From NCBI GenBank assembly GCA_028715645.1, contig JAQURK010000003.1, positions 1 to 62,395 on the forward strand: a DNA stretch of 62,395 bases. The letters run 5' to 3'. The notes beneath the pieces are model-generated. The model saw only the letters and a program-made list of their open reading frames with translations, did no database searches and was not told where the DNA came from. The DNA is from Candidatus Omnitrophota bacterium (GTDB lineage Bacteria; Omnitrophota; Gorgyraeia; JABMQH01). A program made the position numbers and the translations under genes. Below, in pieces: positions 60,107 through 62,395 of the stretch (the stretch's first letter is position 1; every line of letters starts with the position of its first letter).

Positions 60107-60832
60107 ATGACGCCGCCAAAGATAAGTAAAACCGGCTTTTTTTTATCAAAAAAGGTCGGAAAGGCAATAACCGATTACGGCATGATCCAGGCAAATGACA
60201 GGATACTGGTCGCCGTCTCCGGAGGCAAGGACAGCCTTTGCCTTTTAAATATACTCAGATACAGACAATCGTTTGTCCCTGTAAAATATGAGTTATTGGC
60301 GGCGCATGTCGATATGGGTTATCACTGCGTTCACCCTAAGGTCCTCGAAGGCTATCTGGAAAAGGAAGGGTATAGGCATTATATTAAAAAGATAGATATT
60401 TTGAAGGGCAAGGACCGTTCGAGCATCAGTTGTTTCTGGTGCGCATGGAACCGCCGCAAGGCCCTTTTTGAGACGGCGGAAAAATTCGGCTGCCAAAAGA
60501 TAGCGCTGGGGCATCACAAAGACGATATCATACAGACCATATTGCTTAACATATTTTTTAACGGCGAGATAAGCGCGATGACGCCGAAACAGGAGTTATT
60601 CGGCGGAAAGATAACGATCATCAGGCCGCTCGCCTATGTAGAGGAAAAGGAGATTATCCGTTTCGGCAGGCAGATCGATTTTCCGCATCCAAGATGTAAA
60701 TGTCCGAACGCGGATATTTCCAAAAGGAACAAGGTCGCGGGAATAATAAAGGACCTGGAAAAAATATGCCCAAATACAAAATCCAACATCTTTAACGCCT
60801 TAAAGAGGATAAAAAAGGATTATCTTTTGTAG
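60107..60832 (+). CDS. ttcA: PP-loop ATPase, tRNA 2-thiocytidine synthase TtcA-like
   Basis: Motifs VAVSGGKDS, CFWCAWNRRKALF, ALGHHKDD, and a late C-x-C (RCKCP). The start is uncertain (ATG 60107, or TTG 60050 as listed). Confidence 0.8.
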   Translation: MTPPKISKTGFFLSKKVGKAITDYGMIQANDRILVAVSGGKDSLCLLNILRYRQSFVPVKYELLAAHVDMGYHCVHPKVLEGYLEKEGYRHYIKKIDILKGKDRSSISCFWCAWNRRKALFETAEKFGCQKIALGHHKDDIIQTILLNIFFNGEISAMTPKQELFGGKITIIRPLAYVEEKEIIRFGRQIDFPHPRCKCPNADISKRNKVAGIIKDLEKICPNTKSNIFNALKRIKKDYLL

Positions 60833-60841
60833 GGGATTATT

Positions 60842-61987
60842 ATGATAAAAAGAGGGGTTGCTACATTTACGCTGGATACGGGCCAATGCCCCAAATGGCT
60901 CTATGATAGGATGGTCAGGCTGGGCAGGGAGATGGTTTGGGTTATCGCGCAGGAATACGGGCCTGATGAGTTTATAAAAAGGATCAGCGATCCTGTATGG
61001 TTCCAGTCGCTTGGGACCGTGCTGGCATTTGACTGGAACGCCTCAGGGCTCACTACCATCCTTACCGCCGCGCTCAAAGGGGCGATACGCGGGGATGAAA
61101 AGAGGCTCGGTATCTTTATATGCGGCGGAAAAGGCCGGACTTCGCGCAAAACCCCGGATGAGATCAAAAACTGGGGAGGCACCCTCAGCCTGCCCGAGCC
61201 GAAAATAAATAACCTGGTGTATAACTCAAAGATGGCGGCAAAGGTTGACAGCGCTCTCATACAGGACGGGTTCCAGATCTATCATCACAGTTTTTTCTTT
61301 TCCAAAAACGGCGCATGGGCAGTGGTTCAGCAGGGCATGAACACCCGTAATCAGACCGCGCGGCGCTACCACTGGTATTCAAAAATGGTAACCGACCTCG
61401 TGCGCGAGCCGCATTCCGGCATCATCACACAGACCAAGGCGGCGACCCTTGATCTCACCGCGAAGGAAAGCGAAGGCACGCGCAAATTGAGCACGGATTT
61501 GGCGCGGGGCAGTTACCGCAATTTAATGAATGACATTCAGATATTAAGGAAGCACTCATCTGAACTGTCCCAGATGGTCGCCTTAAGGCATGGCAAGGAT
61601 GAGCTGACTTTGCTTAATCTCAAAAACAGGGAGTTTTTCTGGCATCCCGTCGTCACAGAGGATTTTTCAAAAAGCCGTTATCTGGAAAGAATCCTCTTTA
61701 AGGTCTGCGAGATCAGGCCGGATAATTATGAAAAACTCCTGTCCCTTGAGGGCGTCGGGCCCAAGACCATGAGGGCGCTTAGCCTCGTATCAGAGGTGAT
61801 TTACGGCGCCAGGCCTTCATACGAGGACCCGGCGCGTTATTCCTTCGCTCACGGCGGAAAGGACGCCACCCCTTATCCCGTAGACAGGGCCACCTATGAT
61901 TCCACAATCGCTTTTTTTTCACGCCTTGTCCGAAAGATGAAGCTCCCTTTTTCGGAAAAGAATAAAATCCTCAAAAAGTTGTGTTAA
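60842..61987 (+). CDS. DUF763-like protein (family assignment from memory)
   Basis: 381 aa. N-terminal PKWLYDRMVRLGREM, then DPVWFQSLGTVLAFDWNASGLTT and GGKG. Confidence 0.55.
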   Translation: MIKRGVATFTLDTGQCPKWLYDRMVRLGREMVWVIAQEYGPDEFIKRISDPVWFQSLGTVLAFDWNASGLTTILTAALKGAIRGDEKRLGIFICGGKGRTSRKTPDEIKNWGGTLSLPEPKINNLVYNSKMAAKVDSALIQDGFQIYHHSFFFSKNGAWAVVQQGMNTRNQTARRYHWYSKMVTDLVREPHSGIITQTKAATLDLTAKESEGTRKLSTDLARGSYRNLMNDIQILRKHSSELSQMVALRHGKDELTLLNLKNREFFWHPVVTEDFSKSRYLERILFKVCEIRPDNYEKLLSLEGVGPKTMRALSLVSEVIYGARPSYEDPARYSFAHGGKDATPYPVDRATYDSTIAFFSRLVRKMKLPFSEKNKILKKLC

Positions 61988-61996
61988 TGATATAAT
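61988..61996 (+). promoter_or_regulatory. extended -10 promoter of leuS, 6 nt before the ATG (leaderless-type)
   Basis: TGATATAAT (61988-61996), then aaaaca, then ATG at 62003. No SD. Confidence 0.55.
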
Positions 61997-62002
61997 AAAA
62001 CA

Positions 62003-62395
62003 ATGAAAAATAACTATCCGTTTGAAAAAATAGAGAAGAAATGGCAGGCAAGATGGGAAAGGGCGAGAGCCTTTAAGGCGGAATACAAACCGGGCGCTGA
62101 AAAGTACTATCTTCTTGAGATGTTCCCGTACCCATCCGGGAAAATCCATATGGGCCATGTCAGGAATTATACCATAGGAGATGTCGCGGCCCGGTACAGA
62201 TGGATGAAAGGTTTCAATTGCCTTCATCCCATGGGGTTTGACGCCTTTGGGCAGCCAGCCGAAAACGCCGCGATAAAAAACAATAGCCATCCCGCCGAAT
62301 GGACCCGCCGGTGCGTCGAATGCATGAAAATGGAATTAAAGAGGATGGGATTCTCCTATGACTGGGAAAGGGAGGTCTCAACCTGCGACGCCGAT
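62003..62395 (+). CDS. leuS: leucyl-tRNA synthetase, 5' part (runs off the window)
   Basis: [19 protein letters not shown]..., then [17 protein letters not shown] (HIGH motif). The frame is open to the last base. Not in the ORF track because it has no stop. Confidence 0.95.
   Translation, partial: MKNNYPFEKIEKKWQARWERARAFKAEYKPGAEKYYLLEMFPYPSGKIHMGHVRNYTIGDVAARYRWMKGFNCLHPMGFDAFGQPAENAAIKNNSHPAEWTRRCVECMKMELKRMGFSYDWEREVSTCDAD

Overview
This is a 62.4-kb, very gene-dense chromosomal segment from a diderm bacterium. It uses the standard code (TGA is a stop) and looks like intermediate GC by eye. I cannot assign the taxon; the gene content suggests an uncultivated lineage. I support about 70 protein genes and 2 tRNAs, nearly all housekeeping.

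Gene order:
- 5'-truncated polyferredoxin, trxA, purN, eno, ftsB-like, ribokinase, initiator-like tRNA-Met.
- purB-purM-purD-purE, a tsaC::LMW-phosphatase fusion, rpiB, glyA, dCMP deaminase, nrdR.
- Minus strand: a PpiD-like chaperone, a methyltransferase, two secreted proteins and an OM beta-barrel.
- A Wzx/Wzy-type polysaccharide cluster (flippase, polymerase/ligase-like, three glycosyltransferases, a lipoprotein glycoside hydrolase, a small phosphoglycosyl transferase, a TPR protein).
- yebC-ruvC-ruvA-ruvB-queH-spoIID-queA-tgt-yajC, an HD protein, recJ, secDF, rpmB (minus), recG, rsmD, coaD.
- pta-ackA, rpmF-plsX-fabH-fabD-coaB, a REC protein plus a GAF/HD-GYP protein.
- A BNR-propeller protein (minus), uvrA, a giant TPR protein with TolQ/TolR/TonB-like genes and small proteins.
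- cutA, an M48 peptidase, a REC protein, tRNA-Ala, a Spy/CpxP-like protein (minus), ttcA-like, a DUF763-like protein, and the 5' end of leuS.

I see no rRNA, CRISPR array, transposase, integrase, phage gene or recognisable defence gene.

Most unusual signals:
1. Tandem heptamers of consensus YATNGAC. They form a large dyad element between queA and tgt, and also sit in frame inside purM, tgt, coaB and uvrA. A variant lies in a signal-peptide coding region.
2. Other word-built palindromes: a 44-bp perfect palindrome, GATTACAGCGAT hairpins, and a 93-bp palindrome after tRNA-Ala.
3. Leaderless-type promoters, with the -10 box 6-10 nt before the ATG and no SD, at seven operon-first genes.
4. A minus-strand envelope module of a small barrel, a WxL-like secreted protein, a PapD/DUF916-like protein and a methyltransferase.
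5. A BNR propeller fused to a single TolC-like helix-hairpin-helix module.

All homology statements come from motif reading and memory, not from searches.
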